Below are positions 1 through 9,372 of a stretch of DNA of 64,000 bases, piece after piece (positions within the stretch are counted from its first letter, which is position 1; each line of letters begins with the position of its first letter). Source of the stretch: Parcubacteria group bacterium GW2011_GWC1_36_108. Its GTDB lineage: Bacteria > Patescibacteriota > Minisyncoccia > Moranbacterales > GWC2-37-73. The stretch spans positions 103,340 to 167,339 of the forward strand of contig LBRD01000006.1 of assembly GCA_000991245.1 (NCBI GenBank), in the 5' to 3' direction. Both the position numbers and the translations under genes were made by a program. The notes beneath the pieces were generated by a model. That model was given only the letters and a program-made list of their open reading frames with translations, searched no databases and was not told the origin of the DNA.

Positions 1-260
1 TCAGATTTGTTTCCCTCCCCTGTAACTGAAAATGCTCTCTCAACTGCAACAGCAATTTTCTTTTGATCAAACGGCACAACTCTTCCAGAACGTTTTACGA
101 TTTTTTTAACAAGATTTTTCGGCTTAACTTTCTTTGCAGCTTTTTGCGGTTTACCCTGTGAAATAGCGACTAGGTCGCTCCGCTTCGCGGATTTCACTGG
201 GCGAGTCTTTTTTACTGCCACAACCTTTTTGCTCTTAACTTTCTTTTTTTGATTTTTCAT
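1..260 (-). CDS. ATP-cone protein, probably ribonucleotide reductase large subunit (5' part only; runs off window)
   Basis: Not in ORF track; manual translation from ATG at 260 is open to the window edge: MKNQKKK...KIVKRSGRVVPFDQKKIAVAVERAF (ATP-cone signature); directly downstream of nrdR. Confidence 0.8.
   Translation of the reverse strand, partial: MKNQKKKVKSKKVVAVKKTRPVKSAKRSDLVAISQGKPQKAAKKVKPKNLVKKIVKRSGRVVPFDQKKIAVAVERAFSVTGEGNKS
151..204. repeat. Short palindromic element (family A) in frame inside the ATP-cone gene
   Basis: TTACCCTGTGAAAT...ATTTCACTGGGCGA imperfect inverted ends; same ends as 17518, 25418, 30421, 46026. Confidence 0.75.
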
Positions 261-396
261 ATTGTTTTCTCCCCCGAGAATTAAATTATTTTATGATACG
301 AATGTTACGAATATTTATGCTAATACGCGAATATGCGAATAATCCATTTGCGTCATTTGCATATTTGCAACATTCGCATTAATTCGCATATTCGTA

Positions 397-849
397 TCAT
401 GATGTTTCCATTTTCTCCATTTCCTTCCGAAAACTGTCTGCGTTTTTGAATCCCTTGTACACACTTGCAAATCGCAAATATGCAACATCGTCCAATTCCT
501 TAAGTTTTTCAAGAATCATTCGACCAATTTCCTTGCTTGATATTTCATTGCTTTCGCGAGCCTGAATTTCATATTCAATGTCGCCAATCGCTTTTCCTAT
601 TTTTTCTTCGCTCACTGGTCTTTTTTCCAAAGCCTTGTGCAAACCAATTTCTATTTTCCTTCTGTCATATTCCTGCTTGCTACCATCTCGCTTAGTAACA
701 GTAAGACGCATAATTTCCATTTCCTCATAAGTACTGAAACGTGCTTGGCATTTTTCGCATTCTCTTCGCCTGCGAATTGCCTTTGAATCATTCGTGTCGC
801 GAGAATCGACAACCTTCGTGTCGCCATTCCCGCAAAATGGACAAATCAT
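397..849 (-). CDS. nrdR: Transcriptional repressor NrdR
   Basis: CPFC...RRRRECEKC...RFSTYE zinc ribbon, ATP cone, VAYLRFASVY; start taken at MICPFC (alternative 858). Confidence 0.97.
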   Translation of the reverse strand: MICPFCGNGDTKVVDSRDTNDSKAIRRRRECEKCQARFSTYEEMEIMRLTVTKRDGSKQEYDRRKIEIGLHKALEKRPVSEEKIGKAIGDIEYEIQARESNEISSKEIGRMILEKLKELDDVAYLRFASVYKGFKNADSFRKEMEKMETS

Positions 850-1079
850 AAGTTTCAATTTATATAATTATTTTTATTTTCAATATAAATACCCGCTAAA
901 TTACTAATCTTTTACCAATATACTAATCTGAATTTAATACACATTTGTATATTAGTATGTAATTCGTATATTAGTTGGGTTATTAATATGCCATTCAAAG
1001 TAAACAAATTTTATTTACTTGACAAGAAATATTTTTCACTCTTTTAAAACTTGACTATTTTGTATTTTTATGAACTTAT

Positions 1080-1095
1080 ACACTATATGTTGTGT
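1080..1095. promoter_or_regulatory. NrdR box
   Basis: ACACTATATGTTGTGT fits the acaCwAtATaTwGtgt consensus; upstream of nrdR and just downstream of a minus-strand TATAAT (~1105-1110). Confidence 0.75.
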
Positions 1096-1234
1096 ACCGT
1101 TAGTCCATTATACCACAAGTCAAATATCTGCCAAGCATCCCTATTTGAGCCATTTTTGGAAGTTATGCACAGCGTAAAATGAAATTTTTGCATTAAAAAT
1201 TTCATCACATTGCACGGCACGCGTAAACAGTAAT

Positions 1235-1291
1235 AAAAAAAGCCGCCTTCCGTGTTAATAACGGAAAGCGACCATAGCAGGGCGGGGGCGG
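1235..1291 (-). terminator. Hairpin + T tract, paralogous to 4585-4641
   Basis: GCCGCCTTCCGT-GTTAATA-ACGGAAAGCGAC next to an A-run (T tail on minus strand). Confidence 0.55.
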
Positions 1292-1320
1292 AAATGAAAC
1301 AACGGCATTTCAAACTCATT

Positions 1321-1947
1321 TTATGATAATGTTTTTTCAAATTCCAAAACTTTTTCAACAATAACCTTTTTCACAACATCCCAATTTTCTAAAGCAAACA
1401 TCATGGGCATCGGATCCCCTTCAGCATCTTCAAAAAAAGTCAGGCTTTTAAGAATGTGCAACATATTATATTGAATATTATTGAATTTTTTTTCGAAAAA
1501 ATTTATCAATTCTCGCAATTCATATTTTTTCAAGAGGATGTATAAATCAATAAAATCTTTCTTGCTTCCACGCGAAGAAATCGCATCAATTTTCATTGCA
1601 GCGATGTCGCGTTCATCTGCCATTTTTACACCCTCAAATTCCACCAGGGGAAACAGTAACTCATATTCATAACGCAAGAAACTAACTTTCACTCCATCAA
1701 TTGTACAGTGCAGTGTTCCATCCTCCTCACCAACAACAACCACACTTCCAATTTCAGGTAAAAGTTTTTTCAACTCAACAGGTGAAAAATTTTCTTTTGA
1801 AAAAAAATCTAAATCAATAGATTTTCGATGCCCAAGTTCAATAGCAAGCGCTGTTCCACCAGCAAGATAAAATGATTTCAGAATGTCAATTTTTTTTATC
1901 TTTTCAAAAACGCGCATTGTTTGCTCATCGATTGTTTCGTGGTACAT
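1321..1947 (-). CDS. AbiEii-family nucleotidyltransferase toxin
   Basis: LAGGTALA...HRKSIDLD...K...R...KDFIDLY motifs. Confidence 0.88.
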   Translation of the reverse strand: MYHETIDEQTMRVFEKIKKIDILKSFYLAGGTALAIELGHRKSIDLDFFSKENFSPVELKKLLPEIGSVVVVGEEDGTLHCTIDGVKVSFLRYEYELLFPLVEFEGVKMADERDIAAMKIDAISSRGSKKDFIDLYILLKKYELRELINFFEKKFNNIQYNMLHILKSLTFFEDAEGDPMPMMFALENWDVVKKVIVEKVLEFEKTLS

Positions 1948-2192
1948 AAAATTTGATCTGAGATATTAAAATACACCTTCCAAAAATTTCGTGACTTTGC
2001 ATCAAACTGATCAATTGATTTCAAGAAAATTTCACGCAAAATTTCCGCTCCATACAGTTGAAATGCCCAGTTTAAATCATCAATGTCTCCCATACTCAAA
2101 ATACGTTTAACAATAAACGTTTTATGAGTCTGCGGATCAATAGTGCCAAGATCAACATCCCAAAAAAGTGATTGTTTTTCTAGTGTCTTCAT
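1896..2192 (-). CDS. DUF6922-like putative antitoxin
   Basis: LFWDVD...FIVKRIL..G....W....YG...NFW pattern; overlaps the AbiEii start. Confidence 0.75.
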   Translation of the reverse strand: MKTLEKQSLFWDVDLGTIDPQTHKTFIVKRILSMGDIDDLNWAFQLYGAEILREIFLKSIDQFDAKSRNFWKVYFNISDQILCTTKQSMSKQCAFLKR

Positions 2193-2302
2193 AGCCCAAT
2201 TTTAGCACAAAACAAGACAAAATGCAACACAAAAAGTTAAAGATGGAATGGCACTAAGGACGATCTTCGGCGAATTCTCTTCTTCACTGCATATGCTGCC
2301 TG

Positions 2303-2929
2303 TTAAAGATTTCCCTGTTGAGAACCGTCCTCGGTTGGTGAATTTCCCTTTTTAGCGAGAACATAAAACCAATCCCTGTTATGAGCATGGAAAATACTGA
2401 CATAAAAACTAGTAAGCCCAATGTCAGTTATTTTTTTTAAAATATCTTTTTTTGTAAATTTATTGAAAATAAAGTTTTTCCGTTCTATATCATTTTTTTC
2501 TTTTTTCATAACAATAAAGCCAAAAACACCACCACAAGCCAAAATACGCTCAACCTCTAAAAGAGCTTTTTCAATGTCATCAGAAGTCAAATGCGTAAAT
2601 AAAGAAGATGAAGCCCATATTCCATTAAAATACTCATTTTGAAAATCAAGCGCTGTCATTTCCATTAAACTAAATTTTCCATTAAAATTTTTATTAGCAT
2701 AATCAATCATTTTTTCAGAAAAATCTATACCAATTCCATCAAAATTATTTTCAATAAAATAATTAACATCGCGCCCAGTTCCACTTCCGATATCCAAAAT
2801 TTTTCCTTTCTTAGGAATATATTCTAGAAATTTATCGAGCTTATCTTGCATAAGCACATCACCATTTTTTAAATATATTTCTAAATTTTCATTGTACCAT
2901 TTTTTTATTTTTGAATAAACTAATTTCAT
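2303..2929 (-). CDS. Class I SAM-dependent methyltransferase
   Basis: ILDIGSGTG, GIDFSEKM, GIWASSSLFTH. Confidence 0.9.
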   Translation of the reverse strand: MKLVYSKIKKWYNENLEIYLKNGDVLMQDKLDKFLEYIPKKGKILDIGSGTGRDVNYFIENNFDGIGIDFSEKMIDYANKNFNGKFSLMEMTALDFQNEYFNGIWASSSLFTHLTSDDIEKALLEVERILACGGVFGFIVMKKEKNDIERKNFIFNKFTKKDILKKITDIGLTSFYVSIFHAHNRDWFYVLAKKGNSPTEDGSQQGNL

Positions 2930-2938
2930 AAAAAATAG

Positions 2939-2964
2939 AGGAGGAGCAAAGAGTTGCTCCTCCT
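2939..2964 (-). terminator. Intrinsic terminator after the precursor peptide gene
   Basis: Perfect 11-bp stem AGGAGGAGCAA/TTGCTCCTCCT followed by CTATTTTT on minus strand. Confidence 0.7.
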
Positions 2965-3011
2965 AATTAAAGTTAAATATTTCCATTATGGATTAGCCCA
3001 CCGGAGCTGAG

Positions 3012-3089
3012 CTATGTTCCACAGTTTTGACAACAAAAGGAAACGTTCTGATCCACTTGATTTTCATCAATATATATTGAAACAAACAT
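3012..3089 (-). CDS. Putative RiPP precursor peptide, 25 aa: MFVSIYIDENQVDQNVSFCCQNCGT
   Basis: Below ORF-track cutoff; strong SD AAAGGAGGTGA just upstream of the ATG; acidic leader + CCxxC core; lies between the rSAM gene and a terminator. Confidence 0.8.
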   Translation of the reverse strand: MFVSIYIDENQVDQNVSFCCQNCGT

Positions 3090-3165
3090 GACTCTCACCT
3101 CCTTTCATGGCGAAATATTATACTGCTACAAACCCCGTGCATCCATGGCGGACTAATAAACTTTG

Positions 3166-4458
3166 TCATGATACAAGAAACATCTTTTTGTCAAAAAGGA
3201 CTTTAAAAAATAATTCCCTGTCTTTCACTGACACGCCCTCCACATCTACCTCTTTCCAGCTGAAATACTTATTACCACTCAGTAAATTAAGAACAGTATT
3301 GTACCCAGCTTTATTAAGAAATACCAATTCATCATTATATTTCACAACACCACCAAATTCTTCCGCCCTAATTTGCACGCCTTTAACAAATTTCAGATTA
3401 TTAGGCAATTGAAAATCGAGTTGCGAGGTATTTTCTGCGAAGTTAACCTTTTCCGGTCCTGTCATCAATGGATCTTTCCCATGTATATCATTGTAGAATA
3501 TTTTTGCATCCATTCGACATCCTCCCGAACATCGCAAGAGATGTGGACAAATTCTACATTTTTCATAAAGAAAAGTTCCATCACGCCATTCCTGCATTGC
3601 AAACCAGCACTCTTGCAAAGACTTTTCAAACAAATTTCCATAGGTCATATCCGCATGAGCACATGGACGAATTGAACCATCAGGAGAAATAGAACAGTTA
3701 AATACACCGGCCGTACAATTCCTGCGAAGAAACTGTTGATATTTTTTCATATCACCAATAAAGCAAAGTGGATAGGTTTCCAATATTTCAACCCAAAGTC
3801 CCAAATCACTTTGAAGGTGCAGGAGTGCATCCATTGATTCTTTAATCTGCTGTGGTGTTGCTCTGTAATTTCTATACTCAGTATCTGGTGACGGAGCCAC
3901 TTTTGTTGCAGAAAAACGCAAAATCCCCAAGCTATGAGCCAACTTGCCTGTTTCATAAACTTGATGTGCATTTTCTTTACGCACCACCATATTTGCACTT
4001 GTTAAAACACCAGTTTCAGTCAGCATTAGAACATTAGAAAGAAGACGCTTATGAAAACCCTCACGTTGAATGATAACGTCATGAATTTCTGGTTGATGAG
4101 AAAGCAACGAAGTTAGAATGCCAACACTATTTTGATAAAAAAAGTCCGACATTTCCCTGGTAAGTAACTGCAAATTAGTATTACAATATACAACCAAGCC
4201 TAGTTCTTTTGCTTTTCGTATACCAGCCTTTAAAGTTTCTTTAAACATTAAAGGTTCACCACCAGTAAAGCATACCGACATTACTTTCCAACGCGCCAAT
4301 TCTTCCACCAATTTTTCCGCTTGACTTGGCAAAAGATGCTTAGAAACGGCTTTCTTAATATGTTGACATGCGCGATAACAATGAGTACAGACCTGGTTAC
4401 AATTGTCAGTAATTTCAATTTGCACTGATAATGGTGCACTTAAGGTTCTATATATCAT
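3166..4458 (-). CDS. Radical SAM/SPASM maturase with C-terminal RRE-like (MftB/PqqD-like) extension
   Basis: CNQVCTHC, GGEP, SPASM CTAG...C.ISPDG.IRPC...CRICPHLLRCSGGC; tail IRAEEFGGVV...LVFLN; start at 4458 follows SD AAAGGAGG. Confidence 0.9.
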   Translation of the reverse strand: MIYRTLSAPLSVQIEITDNCNQVCTHCYRACQHIKKAVSKHLLPSQAEKLVEELARWKVMSVCFTGGEPLMFKETLKAGIRKAKELGLVVYCNTNLQLLTREMSDFFYQNSVGILTSLLSHQPEIHDVIIQREGFHKRLLSNVLMLTETGVLTSANMVVRKENAHQVYETGKLAHSLGILRFSATKVAPSPDTEYRNYRATPQQIKESMDALLHLQSDLGLWVEILETYPLCFIGDMKKYQQFLRRNCTAGVFNCSISPDGSIRPCAHADMTYGNLFEKSLQECWFAMQEWRDGTFLYEKCRICPHLLRCSGGCRMDAKIFYNDIHGKDPLMTGPEKVNFAENTSQLDFQLPNNLKFVKGVQIRAEEFGGVVKYNDELVFLNKAGYNTVLNLLSGNKYFSWKEVDVEGVSVKDRELFFKVLFDKKMFLVS

Positions 4459-4584
4459 ATTGTCCACCTCCTTTGTGGGTTTCGTAAAATTAAAGAACAT
4501 TCATACTACGATGAAAATTAACATTCAAACAGGAAATTGTCAATTCCACCCACTTAAATTCTAATCTGAATTGCAATTTTTCTT

Positions 4585-4641
4585 TAAAAAAAGCCGCTCC
4601 TCATATTAATAATGAGAAGCGGCGATTGCAGGGCGGGATGG
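4585..4641 (-). terminator. Hairpin + T tract, paralogous to 1235-1291
   Basis: GCCGCTCCTCAT-ATTAATA-ATGAGAAGCGGC next to an A-run. Confidence 0.6.
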
Positions 4642-4666
4642 GAAGAAATAAAATTATTTCATTTCA

Positions 4667-6100
4667 TCATTTTACTGTAATGTTTTTGGTGTAGGATTCA
4701 ACGAATCCATCCTTCCACCGTTTTTCTTCGAGTTCGACGGTGGTCATTGTTGTGCCACCGATTTTGGTGCCGGAGGAAGCTTTGATGATTTTACCGTTCC
4801 AGCTGGTGGAGAAATCGTTGTTGATAACAACTTCTCCATTTGCATCTGAGACAGCACTTTGGAGCAATGGCTGCGGGAATGGCTGGATGTAATAATTCGC
4901 CGTGCCATTTTTACTGTTTGGATCAATAGTATTGGTCAGCGTTCCGAAAACTTTTACCTCGCCGACGACTGGGTTTCCAAGTGAATTGACGAGTCTCACT
5001 TTAACAACTTTTGGCAAGTTGTTAGCGATTTGCCACATATCAACCTGATGGTTAGCATTATTGGTTGCCAACCAAGCATTAAAGGGCGAGAATATTGTCC
5101 CGGTCCATAAACCTGGTTCTGTCATTGGATCTTTTGGATATAAAGCCCTAAGGCTATATGATTCCAAGATTGGGGCAACATTAGTTCGATCCTGAAAAGC
5201 AATACCATACCATTCGGGTACGCCACCCGCAAGGGTATGCATAAATTCTTGGCAAGTACTAAATATAACACTATCAAAATATGTTGGACTAAGTTTTTCT
5301 ATTTCACTTCTGCCAAGCAACACTGTCATTTCATCCTCCGCCTTATAAATGGTATAGTATTTCTTTCCATTCATAACATGACTAGTGGTAAAAGTATAGG
5401 AGTATTGCGAAGTGATATACGCGGGAATTTCGCTCCTATCCTTATATATGAAATAAACGAGTGTTGTCCCTCCGTAGGTCGGGCTGCCCGGAAAATCATT
5501 GTCATAATAATTCGACGGGTCTTCTTGAATCCCATCAAATTGGGCATTGGTATAACTCTTCACCTGCCCAACTTGATATCTTTTTGTTGTGTTCTTTGCA
5601 AAAACCGCACTAACCTCTGAGATTGCGGCTCCTGCATTTTTTACCACATCGGGATGCGCGTCATAAAAAGATTTGTTGACGAGCACAGGAATAACTTCCG
5701 GATTAAGCGCTGGCACTGGTGCCAGTTTCAAGGTTGTTACGGTCGGCGCAGAGATATTGACAACAGCTTCAAACTTTGCACTTGATCCTGCCGCATTTGT
5801 TGCGACAAGACTTGGACTGTGCGACCCAACAGCGTAAGTATGCACTGGGTTTTGTTCAGAGCTGGTTGCACCATCTTTGAAATCCCAGTACCAATTTGTT
5901 GGCGATTCTGTTGCTGTACCGTTAAACTTTGCTGTCAAGCCTGTCACCTCAACGGTAAACGAGGCTACAGGCACTTTACTTGTTACCGGTGGGGTTACTG
6001 GAGAAGAAGAATCTCCTCCACCTCCGCCACCACAAGCAGCAAAGAAAACCAGACAAACAAACAGCATTCCTAACTTCAGCCAATAAAATCTTGAGTTCAT
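4667..6100 (-). CDS. Lipoprotein with PKD domain and degenerate zincin-like region
   Basis: Lipobox FAAC+GGGGGG; PKD motif WYWDFKDG...NPVHTY; QEFMH in place of HExxH; SD GGAGG. Confidence 0.75.
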   Translation of the reverse strand: MNSRFYWLKLGMLFVCLVFFAACGGGGGGDSSSPVTPPVTSKVPVASFTVEVTGLTAKFNGTATESPTNWYWDFKDGATSSEQNPVHTYAVGSHSPSLVATNAAGSSAKFEAVVNISAPTVTTLKLAPVPALNPEVIPVLVNKSFYDAHPDVVKNAGAAISEVSAVFAKNTTKRYQVGQVKSYTNAQFDGIQEDPSNYYDNDFPGSPTYGGTTLVYFIYKDRSEIPAYITSQYSYTFTTSHVMNGKKYYTIYKAEDEMTVLLGRSEIEKLSPTYFDSVIFSTCQEFMHTLAGGVPEWYGIAFQDRTNVAPILESYSLRALYPKDPMTEPGLWTGTIFSPFNAWLATNNANHQVDMWQIANNLPKVVKVRLVNSLGNPVVGEVKVFGTLTNTIDPNSKNGTANYYIQPFPQPLLQSAVSDANGEVVINNDFSTSWNGKIIKASSGTKIGGTTMTTVELEEKRWKDGFVESYTKNITVK

Positions 6101-6245
6101 GGTTGGCCTCCTTGGCCTCTACATAGCGGTGATTGACGATTTTGCCCTTTTTCTAGATCCTAACTATTTATATATGTAAAGATACTGATATTCAAAATCT
6201 CAAAAGAGACTTCCTCGTATGATTGCATAAAAAATACTTTTTGTC

Positions 6246-6348
6246 AACCCCGTTAGAAATTTCAAAAATAGTCGCTGATTACTTATAGACTTAGGATATA
6301 AAGCATCCTATTCAAATTGATAATGCATGTGAAATTTCTAACGGGGTT
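6246..6348. mobile_element. ~100-bp MITE-like element with CCCCGTTAGAA terminal inverted repeats
   Basis: 19-bp perfect TIR AACCCCGTTAGAAATTTCA; same ends at 18976 and 25571. Confidence 0.7.
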
Positions 6349-6351
6349 AAG

Positions 6352-6384
6352 CAAAAATACAGCCCTACTGAGCTGTATTTTTTG
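6352..6384 (-). terminator. Intrinsic terminator
   Basis: AAAAATACAGC..GCTGTATTTTT hairpin downstream of the 943-aa gene. Confidence 0.6.
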
Positions 6385-6467
6385 TTTTGTCTTTTTGCTA
6401 TACCATGCGAACCTGGATTCCCTTTTTCAAGGGAATGACACACCAAGGACTCAATTAACCCAAGATG

Positions 6468-9299
6468 TTACGGTGCTACTTCTTGCCAAGGAATTTGACT
6501 TCCGCCAGTAGTAGTGGGCGCTGCTGCTGAACATGATGCGTTATCAGTGCAAGACTTTGTACAAGAATTTGTTGCCACACTAGTAGTATAAATATTGTCG
6601 CAAGTTGTGTTATCAGTACTACATGTCTTGTTAGTGCACCTTGTTACAACTGTTGCTGATCTTGTTCTTGATCCACCTGGACCAACACAGGTTACGGTAT
6701 AAGTTGCAGATGATGAGGATTGAGATACAGTTACATTTCCTCCTGCAATATTAGCAAAACCACCACCCATATTAGCACTTTTAGTGCAGCTTGTTGCATT
6801 AGAAACTGGAGACCAGGTCAAAGTAATATTTCTTGGCAATGCACTAATTTCAAGATCAATGATAGTTGGGTTTGCAGTTAAAGTAAATGATGGAAGAGAG
6901 GCTGGGCAGTCAGAAATACACGTTGCAGATGTTTCAGTTCCATTACAGCTTCCGTCGCCGCAAAAAGGAGCAACCGAACAATCAGAAGGACAAGTTGCAG
7001 ATGTTTCACCATTATTACAAATTCCGTCACCACAATATGGAGCTGGCGGAGGACAATCCTGAGAACATGTTACGTATGTTTCTGCTCCATTGCAAATTCC
7101 ATCATTGCAAACTGCTGTAACAGGAATAGCAGCTGTTTTAGTGGCGCTGCATTGAGGAGAATCAGCACCACCATTTTTACTCTTACAATACCAAGTCCAA
7201 GGACCAGATCCTGCAAAAGAAATAACATCCCCATAACTGCAAAGATTTGCACTTGTAGCTGTTAGTGTTGCAAATGTCCCACCAGAAGCTGATCCGCATA
7301 CACCGGCTGTTCCCGTTGTAGGGATGACGGGTGCAACTACTGTGTATGAAAAATATGAAGTTCCGTAAACCGCAGGACAATCAACTCTTTCATAACTCAA
7401 GGTATTAGCAATCAAAGGAGTACAACTATTAATTTCATAATCAATAGTATTTCCATATTCATCTATATAAGACGTTGGACATTTGTAACACTCCAAATTA
7501 TTGCCGTCAGTAAAAAAACCGGCTGTAAAAAAAGCTTGGTACGTTCCAGCAGTTGCAGGCACAGACATCCCGCTTGGATTATTATAATCAGGATTAGCGT
7601 CATATCCGAACTTTCTTCCAGCTGCAGTCACTAAACTCCCATCTGTTTTATTACTTCCCCACTTATATTCAACAAATCTGGTCGTATCAACATACCAACT
7701 AAAATATTGTGACACTGAGACTCTCATTTCCTCACCAGGAGCGTAGGTTGCTTTATTATAATTAATAGTAAATGTACCAGTTCTTAGTTTACTCTCTTGA
7801 TGAAATGATACCCAGTAGTAGAAAAGCTCGCCAGGATAAAGAGGATTAGCTGCAGGGGCATATTGAAGATTGTTAGCACGCATAGGTGCAGTCACAACCA
7901 AGGTGTCCGCGCTAGCCTCACCGGATCCAGCCAAGAAGATTCCTCCAGAGAAAAGCATCAACAATAAAAACATTCCCAGACCGCCGCGCAATTTGTCTTT
8001 GAAAACAAACACCAAAACCGCAATAAGCGATGCGAGTAGGAAAATAATCACAAACAGAATGTTTTTGGAATATTTAGCAGCTGCAACTTTTGTCTCAACG
8101 GGTTTTGATTTGATATTAAAAACATCATTGGACAATTTGTTTCCATCTTTATCAGTGATAGAAATCCTAAGAACTGGATCCAAACATTTTATTGATATTG
8201 GGATTGAAAAATTCAATTCTTTTTCTTCAGAACTTCTCGCCAGAGTTTGATTGATTTTTCCACATTCTTGTCCTGCGCCAGATTGAATCATAATATCAAT
8301 CTTTCCATCATCGAAAGTTGTTGACTCTTTGCGTAAGCTTGAAAATGAATCTGCACTTCCAGTCCAGAATAAATTAGCATTGGCGATATCGCCTTTTTCA
8401 TAGGCGTCTTTGTCTAAACGAATATTTTGAACAGTTGCGCTAAGACCGCGAACAACATAGTGAAATTCGACTTTGTTTGAAATTTGATTTCCATTTTTGT
8501 CTGCAAAAACCAAAATGCCTGAATATGCCTGAGGGTCGCTAGCTATCGATATTGGAAATTGAAATTCCTTTTTTTCACCTGGCTTAACAACAACCTCTTT
8601 TAATGAATCTTTTCTAATCTCTTTTCCAAAAGAAGAACGATAAAAAGTTGTCAGCGTTGGAGCAAGAGCGGTTTCTTGAGCAAAACTTCCAGCAACTGTG
8701 CAGTTTCCGAAAAGAGTTTCATTTTTTTCAACATCCACTCTCCCAAGCAATTCATATTTTTTCTGCGGGTCATTGTCCTCTTTCACAGTTAAGAAACAAT
8801 TAGCAACTTCCAGTGAATCTCCTTGCCCATCCAAAGTAACTTCGTTAAGTGTTGATATTGCCAAAGGAAGAGCATTACCATTTTTAGCATTCAAAACTGG
8901 AACGTATTTCCCTTTTAGATATTTTGGAGCTTCATATGTGATGTTGATTTTTTTTGTTTCATTTTCTCCTAAACTTACCACTTCGGATGAAAACACCTTC
9001 TCATCCGCAACAATATAATTGTTTTCATCAGTTCTTGTCAGGTTTATACCATAAATAACCTGGGGTTGAACACCAGTTCGATTTGAAAGATCAAATGAGA
9101 TCTTAAATACATTTCCTGCTTGCTCTGTTATTTTTGCGTCATATATGTTCACAGTAGCAACTGTGACCATCTGCAATCCCGCTTGCTCAGGTGCAGCAAC
9201 AGGCTCAACGGCAGAAACATTTTTGCTTAGCGAGAAAAATCCCACCAGCAAAAAAACAAACACCGCGACTCTTTTTAAGAAATACTTTTTTGTTTTCAT
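6468..9299 (-). CDS. Large membrane-anchored surface protein with Cys-rich repeats
   Basis: Signal peptide, two central hydrophobic segments, three C[GN]DGxCNxxET..C..DC repeats, CGSA..LC..GPWTWYC module, ends WQEVAP. Confidence 0.8.
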   Translation of the reverse strand: MKTKKYFLKRVAVFVFLLVGFFSLSKNVSAVEPVAAPEQAGLQMVTVATVNIYDAKITEQAGNVFKISFDLSNRTGVQPQVIYGINLTRTDENNYIVADEKVFSSEVVSLGENETKKINITYEAPKYLKGKYVPVLNAKNGNALPLAISTLNEVTLDGQGDSLEVANCFLTVKEDNDPQKKYELLGRVDVEKNETLFGNCTVAGSFAQETALAPTLTTFYRSSFGKEIRKDSLKEVVVKPGEKKEFQFPISIASDPQAYSGILVFADKNGNQISNKVEFHYVVRGLSATVQNIRLDKDAYEKGDIANANLFWTGSADSFSSLRKESTTFDDGKIDIMIQSGAGQECGKINQTLARSSEEKELNFSIPISIKCLDPVLRISITDKDGNKLSNDVFNIKSKPVETKVAAAKYSKNILFVIIFLLASLIAVLVFVFKDKLRGGLGMFLLLMLFSGGIFLAGSGEASADTLVVTAPMRANNLQYAPAANPLYPGELFYYWVSFHQESKLRTGTFTINYNKATYAPGEEMRVSVSQYFSWYVDTTRFVEYKWGSNKTDGSLVTAAGRKFGYDANPDYNNPSGMSVPATAGTYQAFFTAGFFTDGNNLECYKCPTSYIDEYGNTIDYEINSCTPLIANTLSYERVDCPAVYGTSYFSYTVVAPVIPTTGTAGVCGSASGGTFATLTATSANLCSYGDVISFAGSGPWTWYCKSKNGGADSPQCSATKTAAIPVTAVCNDGICNGAETYVTCSQDCPPPAPYCGDGICNNGETSATCPSDCSVAPFCGDGSCNGTETSATCISDCPASLPSFTLTANPTIIDLEISALPRNITLTWSPVSNATSCTKSANMGGGFANIAGGNVTVSQSSSSATYTVTCVGPGGSRTRSATVVTRCTNKTCSTDNTTCDNIYTTSVATNSCTKSCTDNASCSAAAPTTTGGSQIPWQEVAP

Positions 9300-9372
9300 T
9301 TTTCTTTTCCCTTCTCGTCAAATTTTGCAAAGCAAAAATCAATGAGTATTATTTTAAAGTTTAATATCTGTT

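Noticed and set aside
6246-6348. Integron attC site (GTTAGAA/TTCTAAC)
   Set aside because: Core sites are in the reverse order to attC (RYYYAAC...GTTRRRY), copies also lie among core genes, and no integrase is seen
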